Source: Setoptus koraiensis (lineage: Eukaryota; Animalia; Arthropoda). From it: a stretch of DNA of 64,000 bases. This document shows positions 11,472 to 24,303 of this stretch, one piece after another (within the stretch, counting starts at the first letter, position 1; the number at the start of each line of letters is the position of its first letter). The stretch spans positions 12,772,001-12,836,000 of the forward strand of contig CM106585.1 in NCBI GenBank assembly GCA_048013815.1, given 5' to 3'. The notes below the pieces were generated by a model. It was not told the origin of the DNA and made no database searches. It saw nothing but the letters and a program-made list of their open reading frames with translations. The translations under genes and the position numbers were made by a program.

Positions 11472-13129
11472 CTACATCGAACCAATACAGCTACAATTAC
11501 CAGCTACATCTTCCGTCTTTTCTTCCTCACGAAGTTTCAAACAAGCTGTTTTTGGATTGAGATTTCTTTCTCTCACAGCTTTTTCAAGTTTGGTGATGAC
11601 ATCAACAGCATCATGGAGGATGTTTAACTTAGTGCGATTTCGTTCAGCACTAGTATGTTGGGCACACATTTTTCCGAGTTCTTTGAAAGCATCATTGATA
11701 TCTCTAACTCTTATTCTAATGGTTCAAGAAAAAATTGTAAATATTTTCAATGAAGAAATCGTTAGTTACTAGATGTAGATTAAAAGAAGTTTTTCAGATT
11801 CTATCCAATTTGAAACGTGCACTTACCTTTCTCTGGCATTGTTTGCTTGACGTCGTTCTTTCTCACGTTCACCACCTTTAGAGCCACCTTCGCCGTCATC
11901 ATCGTCTCCGGAGCTACTACTGTAAAGTGTAATATGATACAAGGGAAAGAATACGAAATTGAGATTAGCTTTAGAAATTATTATTATTGATGAGTGATTG
12001 ATATTAGATCACAAATGATAACTTACTATCGAGATCGTTTTCCTTTTGTACCACTAAGTCCGCTGGGTGTGGAAGGAGCCTCAAGGCTTTCGGGGGCAGC
12101 AGACACTGGCCTTAGAGTACTGTCTGTATGGATATGCATATTATTGGATGTTCCTGCTATTGTTGGCATGGGACCAAAATCATTATTTGGGTGTTGTGTG
12201 AGAGAGGATTGTTCATATACTTCATCTGAACGATTGTAAATTGACCCTTCAGCGTGATTTCTTATTACATCGAGAGCATCATCTATGGAAGTTTGATTTT
12301 GGTGTTCCTGATCATGGCAGCGTCCAACAACTTGATTGTCACTGAGAATATTTGATATTTCTGAAGGGATTGTTGGCTCTTTATTTGTCTGTAAAACAAC
12401 AGCACCCGAGGGTAATAGCTGATGGTTGTTATCTTGGACAGGTGGCACAGTTGATACGAGATGAGTAGTAGCATATGTATAAGCACCTGGATGACTCGGA
12501 TAATCCATAGTGGTCTGAGCTAAACCAATATCATTGGTTGCACCATAGATTGAATTGTCTATTCGTGTGGCTTGGTGAGAGGATGGAGCTGTCATAATGA
12601 CATTATGGTGCATGGGATCGATGTGGACAGTATCAGAAAAATATCCTTGTTGTGCAACTTGATTTGAATGGTGCTGATGATCATGTGACGTTGTGTGTGT
12701 CTGCCCATAGGGATTCATAGTGTTCAACGTGGTCATTGGATCATTTAAATTGATACCTAAATTGATATCTAAATGCAAAGATTGAGCTGCCTGCTGTTGT
12801 TGATGATCATTAGCCCAAACTCCATTGCCTGGTTGTCCGCCACCAAAATTGCATACCAAATTGGGCGCCGGAGAGTGGCCCATAGATGAGCCAGTTGGAT
12901 GATCCATGGGCCCTGTCGTGTAGCCGGGATTGTAAGGCCCTTGTTGTTGTTGCCACATGAGAACTCGCTCATGAGTGGATTGTTGCTTTTGCATTTGAGG
13001 TGGGATTAAATTAGAGGAAGCTTGTTGAGGCTGTTGCTGTTGTGTTTGTTGCTGTTGTTGAGCCATAGATACTGTTGTTGTTTGATTTTGTGCTGGCTGT
13101 GGTGGTGGCTGCTGCTCCTGGACATTCAT
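11472..13129 (-). CDS. da: Daughterless/E-protein (TCF3/4/12 class I bHLH); exons 13129-12027, 11919-11827, 11715-11472
   Basis: Spliced bHLH reads [15 protein letters not shown]|[17 protein letters not shown]...[39 protein letters not shown]. The conserved [15 protein letters not shown] motif lies upstream. GT-AG introns of 107 and 111 nt. Start codon and last exon are uncertain. Confidence 0.93.
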
Positions 13130-14256
13130 TATAATTATTTCTATGTTGAAATCAGCACAATGTTTCTCTGGGCCCAAATAAAGGAATAAGTTTCTTGGAG
13201 GAAGCTCAAAATACAATAAGACAGAAGACAAGGTAGATAAATCGTTGCTGCTGTTGTTATGTGTGTTAAATTAATAATAATAATATGGCAATAGGGCCAG
13301 GGTGTTGTATTATTCAATTGTTATATTAAATGTTCAATAATTTTATTGCCCGGTTATTTATTGTGAAACTAATAATCTCATTTGATACCGAAAGGGAATG
13401 TTAGCAATTTGTTCATCTCCATTTTTAATGAATGTATGTAATGATTATAATATAAATGTCTGTGAATATCAGACTAATATAGATGATTGTAATGTAATGG
13501 TGTAGTAATGGTGGTGTTAATAATAAATATAATTACAATAAACATAATTGATATAACATACTCGTGCATACAAATTCCGTACTCGCGTATAGTAGCCACA
13601 ATACAATCACACAGATAATCTTAAACACGAACGCACAGTCAAATCAATAGAGGTAGCTATAGTGTTTAGACGCACAAGCACTAACACAAATAGACAGACA
13701 TACCAACGCACAAACGCACACAAGCCATAAGAGGGCCAGGACGAGATTATGAGCAATAGGCTGAGGCTTCCATCCTTCCTTTGTATTATACATTGTGGTT
13801 TGCCTTTGTATAGGCTGATCCAATCAAATGTATTCGCTACAGAACACACTGTGCCGCACACGGGCACAGAACGCACAACAGAGTGCGAGTTCTATGCTTG
13901 TGCCAGGGGTTGTGAGTGCTGACTAGTGTGCGATCAATTTGTTGACCACAGTCGAAATTATGCGCGCTCAAGCACAATCTGTGCTGTCGTAGCGTACGCA
14001 ATTCAAACGCATAAATGCACTGCGGAATTTGTCCCTATAATAATCAGTGCAAATTAATACATTTGATCCGGTCACCCACTACCAGAAACAGGTTCAGCCA
14101 TCATTCACAAGATGGCGCACGAGTAAAATCCAATACATTGACGAATCAATGTTTTAATTGCATCGGCAAGCTTAGCTTTTTTCCAATCCTTCTGAAGGGA
14201 CACAGTCTACTGTTGGGGCATCTCCAATCTCGATTATTCTATCTCCTGGCTTAGCC

Positions 14257-14756
14257 NNNNNNNNNNNNNNNNNNNNNNNNNNNNNNNNNNNNNNNNNNNN
14301 NNNNNNNNNNNNNNNNNNNNNNNNNNNNNNNNNNNNNNNNNNNNNNNNNNNNNNNNNNNNNNNNNNNNNNNNNNNNNNNNNNNNNNNNNNNNNNNNNNNN
14401 NNNNNNNNNNNNNNNNNNNNNNNNNNNNNNNNNNNNNNNNNNNNNNNNNNNNNNNNNNNNNNNNNNNNNNNNNNNNNNNNNNNNNNNNNNNNNNNNNNNN
14501 NNNNNNNNNNNNNNNNNNNNNNNNNNNNNNNNNNNNNNNNNNNNNNNNNNNNNNNNNNNNNNNNNNNNNNNNNNNNNNNNNNNNNNNNNNNNNNNNNNNN
14601 NNNNNNNNNNNNNNNNNNNNNNNNNNNNNNNNNNNNNNNNNNNNNNNNNNNNNNNNNNNNNNNNNNNNNNNNNNNNNNNNNNNNNNNNNNNNNNNNNNNN
14701 NNNNNNNNNNNNNNNNNNNNNNNNNNNNNNNNNNNNNNNNNNNNNNNNNNNNNNNN
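14257..14756. other. 500-N scaffold gap with duplicated flanks (14129-14254 repeats 14757-14882)
   Basis: The same 126-bp sequence (tccaatacattgacgaatc...cctggcttag) occurs on both sides of a round-number N run. Confidence 0.95.
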
Positions 14757-14799
14757 TCCAATACATTGACGAATCAATGTTTTAATTGCATCGGCAAGC

Positions 14800-15754
14800 T
14801 TAGCTTTTTTCCAATCCTTCTGAAGGGACACAGTCTACTGTTGGGGCATCTCCAATCTCGATTATTCTATCTCCTGGCTTAGACTCACCATTCGAGCGCT
14901 CCTCGGAGTAAGGTGGGGGCGGCGGTGGAAGGCCACCGCTAGTCTGATTTTCCTTTGTCTGATAATGAAATTGATCATGGTGTAGTTCTTCTAGGGTGAT
15001 TAGATTATTGACTATTGGAACAAAATTGTGCGATAAACCGCCGCTCATAAGACGGGCGCAAGAATGATCGACAACAATCAATTGTGAATCTCGTCCTTGA
15101 CGAGCTTGGAGATCATTGAGAAGAGATTTAAGTTTTTGTCGACGGAATGTCTGCATAATATACAGTATTACGCTGAAAACTATGAAACATGAGATCAAAG
15201 ATGCAGTCTGACTTAAACTAGCGGTTCGATCGCTATAATCTAGAGATTCAAAATTATTTTGGCCAGTGACAAGCCGATTTCCAGTGCTACACTCAAATTC
15301 GCAACATTTTCCTTCTACTTGCTTAACAGGTGTAGTACAACCAATTAATTTGGGTTGACACAGCTCTGTTGAACAAACGAAGTCAAAGATAATTATTATG
15401 TAAGGATTTGGAATAGGAAATTTGCGCATGAGTTAGAATTGGTAGTTCTAATTAGATGGAAATCACTCATTATCTGGTCTTGTCAATTCATCATCATACT
15501 CCAGATTGATATTCACCTGAAGTGCAGAGATTAGCCTCGCCATAAAGACAAGTACATGTAAAGCAAGGATCGTTTGATATGGAAAATTTATCACCCTCAC
15601 GAATTGTATTATTCTTGAAGTCGAGACAGCCAATTCCAGCTGAGCTTTTGCTTGCGCCCGGTAGATTTTGTGATGTTGGACGGCCGATGTCCCTTCGATA
15701 TACACGGTGGTCCTGATTATTATAAATTAACCTCAATTGGTTACCGCGTTCCAT
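14800..15754 (-). CDS. DGCR2: DGCR2/IDD-like type I membrane protein (VWC domain + TM + PPPY tail); exons <=15754-15517 and 15365-14800; 5' end uncertain
   Basis: Spliced CLDFKNNTIREGDKFSISNDPCFTCTCLYGEANLCTS|ELCQPKLIGC...GKCCEFEC resembles the DGCR2 VWC domain (CVDIKDN...DDPCLSCTC...CCKFMC, from memory). It is followed by TM ASLISCFIVFSVILYIM, then RRQK and PPPPPPY. The 151-nt GT-AG intron keeps the frame. Confidence 0.75.
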
Positions 15755-16138
15755 GGTCGATTTTTATGTGTCCTCTATTGATAAAATTTTGTTTCTGATA
15801 ATATTAAAAATTAATACTTCACGATATTATAGCTGCATTACTATTATTCACAAGCATTCCCATATTACATGTGTTGGGGTTTTTGGACTGCTCTGATGAA
15901 AGGCGTCAAATTTGAATTTACGCTCAATTCTAGGGGAGACATCCCTCCCACCTCCGGCCTGCTGGTCGATTCTGTTCATCTCCACATTGTCTACTGCCTT
16001 CCACCTCCCATTTGGGAGTCTGTCCTCCCGACCTTTTCCGATCACTAGTTGCAAAATGAACAAGTAAAAACATTGAGAAGGTGCAATTTTCTCAATTAAA
16101 ACTATTTTCACATTGAGGCAGTAGCACTAATTATCACA

Positions 16139-16555
16139 ATGGACCCCAAAGATAAGCTCGTCCCTATTACTAGAGAACTGAAGGAAGCGGTGAGGGATCT
16201 GATGCAAGTTAGTGCCACATTGATTGATATAAACAGTCAGATAGATCATGGCATCAAATTAGAACACAGGGATCAACCGGTTAATAAATTTGAGACCACG
16301 ATGGAGGAATTTATTAGTTCGTGTAATGCATTAGAGCTGAACCTTATTACAATACGCGACTGTCTTATCCAGGCACGGTCCAGTCAGCAAAACCTCCCGT
16401 TCACCATGTCTAACCTGAAATTTGATGTTGAATGGTCCGATAGTGATATCACACCACCAGCCAACTCTATTGTCAGTTGGAATGAATACTTGAGCAATGT
16501 CACCAACCAAATAAAGTCAATGAAAGAGATCCAAAGTATGCTCAGCAGGAGGTGA
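16139..16555 (+). CDS. MED29: Mediator subunit 29 (intersex-like), 138 aa
   Basis: MDPKDKL...ELKEAVRDLMQVSA...IDHGIK...KFETTMEEFISSCNALELNLITIRDCLIQ follows the MED29 pattern (DP...LKESL..LMK.AA...D.G.K...RFDK.LEEFYA.CDQLEL.L). Confidence 0.85.
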   Translation: MDPKDKLVPITRELKEAVRDLMQVSATLIDINSQIDHGIKLEHRDQPVNKFETTMEEFISSCNALELNLITIRDCLIQARSSQQNLPFTMSNLKFDVEWSDSDITPPANSIVSWNEYLSNVTNQIKSMKEIQSMLSRR

Positions 16556-17075
16556 CACATAAGATGACGGTGATTATGACAAACTTGAGCCATCCAATTC
16601 TGATTAGAACGCATCGAGGCAAATCGTCCTCAAGAAAGAAAGAAGAAAAACGAGCGCTCTGCCGACATTGATCGCGACGCCTTGACGGACGAAGTTTGGG
16701 GGAACAATAAGAGGAAGAAAGGGTCAGCAACTAAAAGATGGGCACCAGCAAGATCATCACCCAGTCAACCGTCTAGGCTCTCGCTACGACGATGCTTTAA
16801 ATGATTCAAATTCATCTTGGTGATACGACACACACAAACACAATATCAAACAAAAAAACTATTATATATAAATATACCGAGCACCGGGTTTATTATTCAA
16901 GAAATTTCTCGTTGAATCAGATCTTCGCTTGTAACTATCCTCTCTATCATTAAATTATCCTTGATGATGAAATCATCCCTTTTGTAAAAAAACGAATGAA
17001 TTATAAATGTATGTTAATACTCATTTTAATTTACACTCTCTAAGAAATATAAATTACTGTACTACTACAATAATA

Positions 17076-18656
17076 TCATATGTTTGAGGGCATCAATGAG
17101 GCTGGATCATCCAATTGAAGACTATTTCGTGAAATTGTCTCGATAAGTATCTTGGGTCAAGATTTGGAAACCAATCTTCGTAACCGATTGACGCTCCGCT
17201 TCCAAACACATCAAGCACTGAGAAATTGATAAAGAAAAGAAGAGTCGGAGAGAAATGTTAGCCGACTAGCAGTTTTCATATGATTCGAGTTGTAGAAAAG
17301 TCAAATTATCATGTTTAAATTACCCATTCTGTTGACTTGGTGCAGCTTATGATCACTGATTCTATCTATGAACTTCATGTATGATGGTCGAATAAATCTT
17401 GGCTCCAATGCAAATGTATAAAGAAGAACGGAGACAGAGAAAGCATAGATGAGGACCACTGTCGGCTCGACATGTTTCACTTTGCCTTCCTTTGCTGCTT
17501 GAAAGTAGTATTGTTCAAAACATTTCCAAATGACATAAGTAGCAATTGAGGCTCTTGGTGCAAATAACATGGAAAATCCGGCTAGAAAGCCGCTCAATAA
17601 ACAATGCCAGTCCTCATTTTTGTCTGAAAATCTCCTTAATGAACAATTAAGTCCTCTGAGTAGTGAAACAAGTGAACCTAGAAACAGACCAAAGTTTACC
17701 GAGCCTCTGCTCATGAATGCCTTTCGGAATGCTTCACCAGGTCGTTTTAGCAGTGTCCTGTATGAACCGGCTACACCTAATAGTGATTTAATAAGATAAC
17801 CAATGGCAAATCTGGTGACAAATGGCGATATTGTATATTGAGCACAACTTATGTCCTTATGCGGACATGATTGATGTCTTGCGAAGAACAAATTGAATAG
17901 ATATGTGACTTGATTTTGGAAAGATGACACTAGTGTTGGTGCCTTAACTTTCGTCGAAACTTTTTTCGTTTGGTCATCTGGTGATGTAGTAGTGGTTGTG
18001 GTGGTGCTAGTGATGTCCGAGCAGACTTTCTTAGATCTGGATTTAGCCTCAAGTGGACCGACGAAGTATTTGATACCCAAACTGACTGGATCGTGGCCAA
18101 AACCGTTAATTCTATTGAAATAGTATAGTCCAGCTAGACCAATTGAAAAGAGAAACGTCTCCCCATGGGGTATGGGCCGGAGATAGCCCATAGAGCATAA
18201 AAGTTTAAAGGCGAGCTCTGTGGACATGTTCGCCATATAGAAAGCCAACGCAGCCCTCCTGGAGGGCCTCTCAATGAGAATGGCCAGACATGCGGATATA
18301 AAGCCAGGCCAAAATACTTGCACATTGTAGTAATATCTGCTTGCGTTGTTTCTCAATACGCAACTTATAACTATACCTGACATAAAGTGAAAGCCCAAAA
18401 ATGATGTTGATGTGAGTATTGATTTGAATGTTTCAAAGAATGCTTCAAAATCATATTTTCTGGATATTCCCAATTGTGAGAATAAATACAACGACGTGTA
18501 CAATGGTAATGAATTCTTGAATCCAGCCCAGCCAAGCTCCAATGCGGCGCCAGTACAAAATGGCGTCCAGCCGTGGCCAACTTCGTAGCAATTGTAAGGG
18601 AATGACCATTCATAATTCAATAATCTGTTACTGAGTTTGCTCATTACTTGTGACAT
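17076..18656 (-). CDS. TMEM135: Transmembrane protein 135 (peroxisomal/mitochondrial, Tim17-like fold); exons 18656-17324 and 17217-17076
   Basis: N-terminal PYNCYEVGHGWTPFC...SLPLYTSLY, LIERPSRRAALAFYMAN and EPRFIRPSYMKFIDRIS. A 106-nt intron joins VNRM|VLDVFGSGAS...FPNLDPRY, as in the TMEM135 C-terminus. Confidence 0.92.
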
Positions 18657-19785
18657 TTTTGGTAATTTTTGAAGTTATCCTCTCTACTCTATTGATATCT
18701 CTTATTGTGATGATGCTGAATTCAATGATGATGATAATCTTGTCAGTTGTAAGACTAGAATTTCTTTTGTCTCTTCTTCATTATGTTCATTGTCGAGTGT
18801 GAAGTTAGAATTTGATTGGGGGCTCTGTCGCGTTCAAGGAAATAATGTTTTATTATTTGCATCTAGTTTATACATAATTGATTCTATCACACTGTGCGGG
18901 TTCTCTATATTGTTTTCAGTTGAGCATACTTTTCAAGGTCTGAAGAATTTTTCTCTTCGACGACGATTATTATTTGCATATCTTGCGAAGAAAACTGGTT
19001 ACTTTCCAATAGCCTTTAAATGAGTTCAATCCATTGATTCAAGTTTGTTGCATGTTGTTGGCGCGCATTGCGTAGCTATTACGAAGCACGATTTGTGTCG
19101 TGCTTGATCAAACCAAACAACTGTTGTCTTGGCGAGGCGTATTACGTCGTCTTTGTCAGCTTAATAGTTGGTATTGCTGATTGTGTGTTATCTGTGGCGG
19201 GTTTAACCCTGGTTGGAATGGAAGCTCTATTAAAGCTACTAAAAACGATACTAATAATACTTGGTTGAAGTGTGATAAAATGAGGCAAATAAATAAGAAT
19301 GGCACGAGGTGAATAGTGAAATAGTTTGGCGTTTGAGGCGCAACAAATTCATCCAACTTTATTACGTGAATTAATTAACGTCTGATCTACTTCAGACAAC
19401 AAAATGCTATGAGCATGATGGTTGTTTGGCGCATAACAACTAAACTGGCCGCAATGATGAATTACTGATCAAGCGAGCGCAGTGAAATATATCTGCATAC
19501 TATATACACAGTTTTTGTTGTTTGCCAGCCCTCTTGCCAGCTCTGGATTTAGTAGCCACCATCGAAGTTGAATAGCGAGATAGCCAAACTATCATCATCA
19601 GGGTCAGTTAGAAATGATACAAGTAGAAGTATAATTTCATACAAGTTAGCTGTTTGATAGTGTAGGAGTAATGGTCTGTACATGTATAAACATTCTTGCC
19701 GGACTTTGGTCGGGGATAATGAAGAAGACCAACCATACTACCTTACCAACAAACTAATATCTAGCCGTATATAACAATATAAATG

Positions 19786-19818
<33 letters not shown>

Positions 19819-22800
19819 ATATACAGACAAAGATACACAAACATATACACAGGCAGAGATAGTATATAATCAGTCAATTTTTCACTATTTCTAGGCGGTG
19901 GTGAGAATAAGAAACCTGTCTCACTCGCACTCAACACTGCATAGCCAACGAAGAAACCGACCTGGCTGGCCGGACACACAGCCAAGTCAATCAGTTACAC
20001 TCCTTTCTCATGCCTGATTAACTATTCTCCTTCTTACACCTTGTCTACTTGTGCCATCTAGCTGGCCGAACTGCCCTCTTATTATCTTAGCGAGCGAGCG
20101 AGTGAGCAAGCGAGAGAAAGAGAGAGAAAGAGAGAGGAGGGCTGGATTGAGAGAACCACTTCCACGATAACAACAGTACCTGAGCTGATACGCTAGAGAC
20201 ACTCTACGACAACAAAGTCTGCCAACAGCAACAACAACAGGTACTACTACAACTACAACTGCGACTGCAACTGCGACTACAACCATTGCACTGCGATAGC
20301 ATCTAGGATTTAGAGCAACAGGTGAATGGTTTGAGTAAACTCTGCGTCGGTTTTTCATGTTGATACTTGCCCAAACTGGCCGATAAATGAATTATCGGAA
20401 ACTGAAACTATGGATGGTGTAATGAAGGGCTTCAACGTGAGATGGTTGCTGAAATTTAGCTACTGATCATGGCGACAGGGGCAACGAACCAAATTCATTA
20501 ACGACATCCTAGGTGATGGTGAACAACCAAGGAGAAATCTTTTGGTCTTTTGGTGGAGCGCAGCAACATTCGTGGACATGCTTTGCATGCGATGGCATCA
20601 CTTAACAACTGTTTATAACATAATACAACCATATACTAGACGATTGCAGTGAGAATGCATGGCTGATTAGATCAAGTTTTAAAAATACATTTAGACAGAC
20701 ATTGTGAACACTCAGTTGTGTAGTATTTGATTCTTTGATGGGCTCTATTTTCGCTCTCTATATCTGAATGTGATTGTCGACTGGCCGAGCAAGGTATCAT
20801 TAGGAGCAACTATTGCGCAACAGCAAGCCATGTTACATCAATTATCCTTTTGTCGGACTTTTTGGCGTTTATTAGAGAAGAGGACTCGGAGTAACAACAA
20901 CAACAACAACAGAGATGGCATCAACAATGAATAACAAGTGGAATTCACATGCCAGCTGGCCAGTGCTAACAGACCAACAAATGTAAAATTTGTGTCCAGC
21001 GTCCAATGGACAGGACAAACTATGCAAGATGAACACTCAGAAACTCACCATTCTTTTGCATTCCTCATGCAGACCACTGCTGCTTCTTTTGTCAATTACA
21101 GTATTTCCCCATTATTAGACACTAAGCCAGCAGCTAAATAAATGAACTGGCTGGCACCAAGACTTTGCTGTCAGTAATCGGCATCGTGTACAGAAATAAA
21201 GAGGACGAATGAGAGTAAAATAAAGAAACGAGAAAGAGAAGTAGAAAAATGGCGGTCGTGCAACAAGTTGTCAAACTGCCCGATGATACAGGCGCCGTAT
21301 AAGCGGCTTGCCTACCTGTGGCGATTATAATCATTTGAAATTACGTTTAGTTAGTGTGTGTGTGTGTCGTGTTATTGCAAATGCAATAAGCTGTAGTAAG
21401 CAGTAATGCTGAAACTGATATAAACCGATTGTACATGATAATACAATAAATCAGAGCAGTTGTTGTTTGCATCACACTGCCCCAAGCTATTTATTACATG
21501 TTGCTCTCTTGTGTCTGTCATGACCCGGTCGAAACCCTTCTCCATCTTATTTCATTAGTTCGTCATTTCATTGATAAACGTAGTTGAACCACTAACATCA
21601 CCTGGAGAGATTAAATTGACGATCGTTCTTAAGTGATTTCTGTCCGTTGACAACTTGCGATCTAGTTGCGGAAGTGTTGCGCGCGAGCCAGCCAGCCAAC
21701 AACGATATCCAGCTTCAAATGATTGGTGTCCAGTTGAGCTCTTTGTTGTCTTTTGGTCACTGTTACTTACGCAATCGGATCAATTCTTTCTGATCATGTT
21801 CAATTGATACGCCTGGTGAACCCACTGTACCTGTGGAATTTGTCGGATTTCATCTCGATTGCTGGACCGTTTCGCGCCACCAACAGCCAAATATGCATGT
21901 GGTGGAATTGATTGATTGATTGCCGGTGCGAACTAGCAGTCTTTCACAAAATAACAAAGCAAGAAAAACAATTTGTCCTAGCACCTGTAAACTTATAATA
22001 ATGATATGAATGAATCACAAGGCGAAAATCACTCACTTACTAACAAATTGTAAATCATATTGCTCAATCTATCTATCAACATAAGTTTTGCATATATAGT
22101 GCACTCGAGGGTTGACTTTCGAATCTGCCAGAGCGCATGCATTGTGCAAAGTTCATATTTGCGAAGGCATGCGTCAGGTGAGTGCGGCATGGTTGTTTGT
22201 GCAATGTAAATTCCCGGCAGCCTGACGTGTCGGGCCAGATTTCCACTTGTTTTATTTTCATCATTTTCAAATAAAGAAACCCGGCCGGCGGTGATATTGC
22301 CGCCGAAAAAACCCCTGTCTCACCGTTAATCCATCCACTTGTGATAATATATCGTCTCACAATCGGCATAGTTGGAAACTAACAGTGGCAACAGTTCTGG
22401 CAATTATCATATGTATCCTTCAACACTTCAATATTACTATTTGTATCCGGCACCATTATCATTTTGTTGATATACATACTACTGTACTCGATGTCTGTTG
22501 GCCAACAACAATCGATTGGCTCGCCTTCACTATTATGGTTGACATTTATCATCATTATCACACAACACGATCTTTAGGCAACATTAGTAAGATTTGAACA
22601 AGACTTTCGATTATTACTACTACTGAATTATCACTATTTGCTTGTTTGTCTCGCATGACGATGATACGTCTCTATTTGTCGACAACGAGCAGCCACCATA
22701 TAGCCACATATACATAGGCCAGTATTATCCTGCCATCGAAAGCTGTTAGCATCTTGACGGAGGGAGGAATGCCGAAAGTCAATACTCTAATTTTGTTATT

Positions 22801-22954
22801 AGCATTGAAATAATATATCCATTTTATATAGCAGTGACATCACTTACTATTATTAGTTGTAATCTACATTATTAAAAAGCCTGTGACGGAATATTCGAAG
22901 GTTGTCACGTATGATACGCCCGGGACTAGTTACTATTAATTAGCACAATTAATT

Positions 22955-24303
22955 ATGTCAGCCAGCAAGATGACTGTCTCCGTTGGCGATATGCTAACCT
23001 CCTCCAAGTTACCAAATATAGTCAAGAATTTAAACCATGTGGATCATGTGGTCAACTTTCAGAGATTTTTTGGTATATCACCCAAAACAAGACACAATAA
23101 TAATTTGATGAATGTGTCTCAAAACAATAGTGACAACAACAAAACAAACAAGACCAACAACAATAGAGGACCCAGCACCAAAACTACCCTCGTCTCACAT
23201 CATGAGTCAGTGATAGAATCTATGTCTTGGTATTACTTCTTTCGTACAATGTCCAGCTTGGCAAATGAAAAATTCACCACACTACTATTCGCCTATCTAT
23301 TCTGGAACTCCGATAATCTAATCGCTCGCCAACTAATTTTAGCCTGGTTTTTTGTGTTATTCATTGGACAGTTACTCAAGGATATCCTCAAAATGTCCAG
23401 GCCTGCCTCTCCACCTGTAGTTGTTTTTGAGTCAAATTACGCAAACGAGTACGGCATGCCCTCCACACACGCCATGGTGGGCACCTCCATACCGGTAGTC
23501 ATGTCTTTCCTATTGAACAAACGATTTCAGGTAAGTCCAATCTCAAAATCATTATTTCCATCATGGTCAATCGATATTGTCGTTGTCATCAGTCATTATT
23601 CTATCTCACCATTTATACCATTGATATTATACAGTTTCCACTAGTGCCCATGCTAGTAGCCTCAGTGTTATGGTCAATACCCATCTGTATGTCTCGTTTA
23701 TACTTGGGAATGCACTCAATACTTGAAATATTAGCTGGACTATTTCTCACAGTGATCATCTTGAGCATTGTATTGCCATTGTTGGATTTTTTGGACTTTT
23801 TCATTTTGACTTGCTCCTATTGGATTCCTATATCTATATTTGTTACGACATTCCTGGCCTACATGTATCCACAACCCCTATTTTTCTCGCCAACACGTGG
23901 AGATAGTTGCACATCTTTGGGCGCCTTCTCTGGCCTGACAATTGGAAGTTGGCTTAATTATAGATATTTAGATAGTAAAATTATATCAGGAACAATACAC
24001 TCAACCGGTCATGATGACCAAAGTTTATCATTTATTCTAGTTAGCGTGAACGACCTTGTAAATATTGTCGTCACACAATGCTCAAGATGGTTAATAGGAA
24101 TATTTGTAGTGTTGGCGGGCAGGGAAATTCTCAACAAGCTATTATACAGCTTCTTGTGTTGGCTGCATTCTCTGGACCCCAAAAACAAGCTAACCAAGTA
24201 TGACAAAAGAGTAGAAGTACCCCTGAAATTAATTGTTTACACATTTGTTGGGGCAGCATTAAGCTGTTTCTCGCCCTTTGCCATGGGCATATTAGGTGTA
24301 TAG
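22955..24303 (+). CDS. SGPP1: Sphingosine-1-phosphate phosphatase (PAP2 family); exons 22955-23530 and 23635-24303
   Basis: PAP2 motifs LKDILKMSRP, EYGMPSTHAM and SRLYLGMHS, plus SSLANEKF and SPTRGDSC. Donor CAG|GTAAGT at 23531, acceptor at 23634 (104 nt), in frame. SGPP1 versus SGPP2 is not resolvable. Confidence 0.93.

Noticed and set aside
14129-14882. Apparent direct duplication of the DGCR2-like 3' end around the N gap, and the X-filled ORFs
   Set aside because: Identical 126-bp flanks around exactly 500 Ns indicate overlapping contig ends joined with a placeholder gap. This is most likely an assembly artefact, not a biological repeat.
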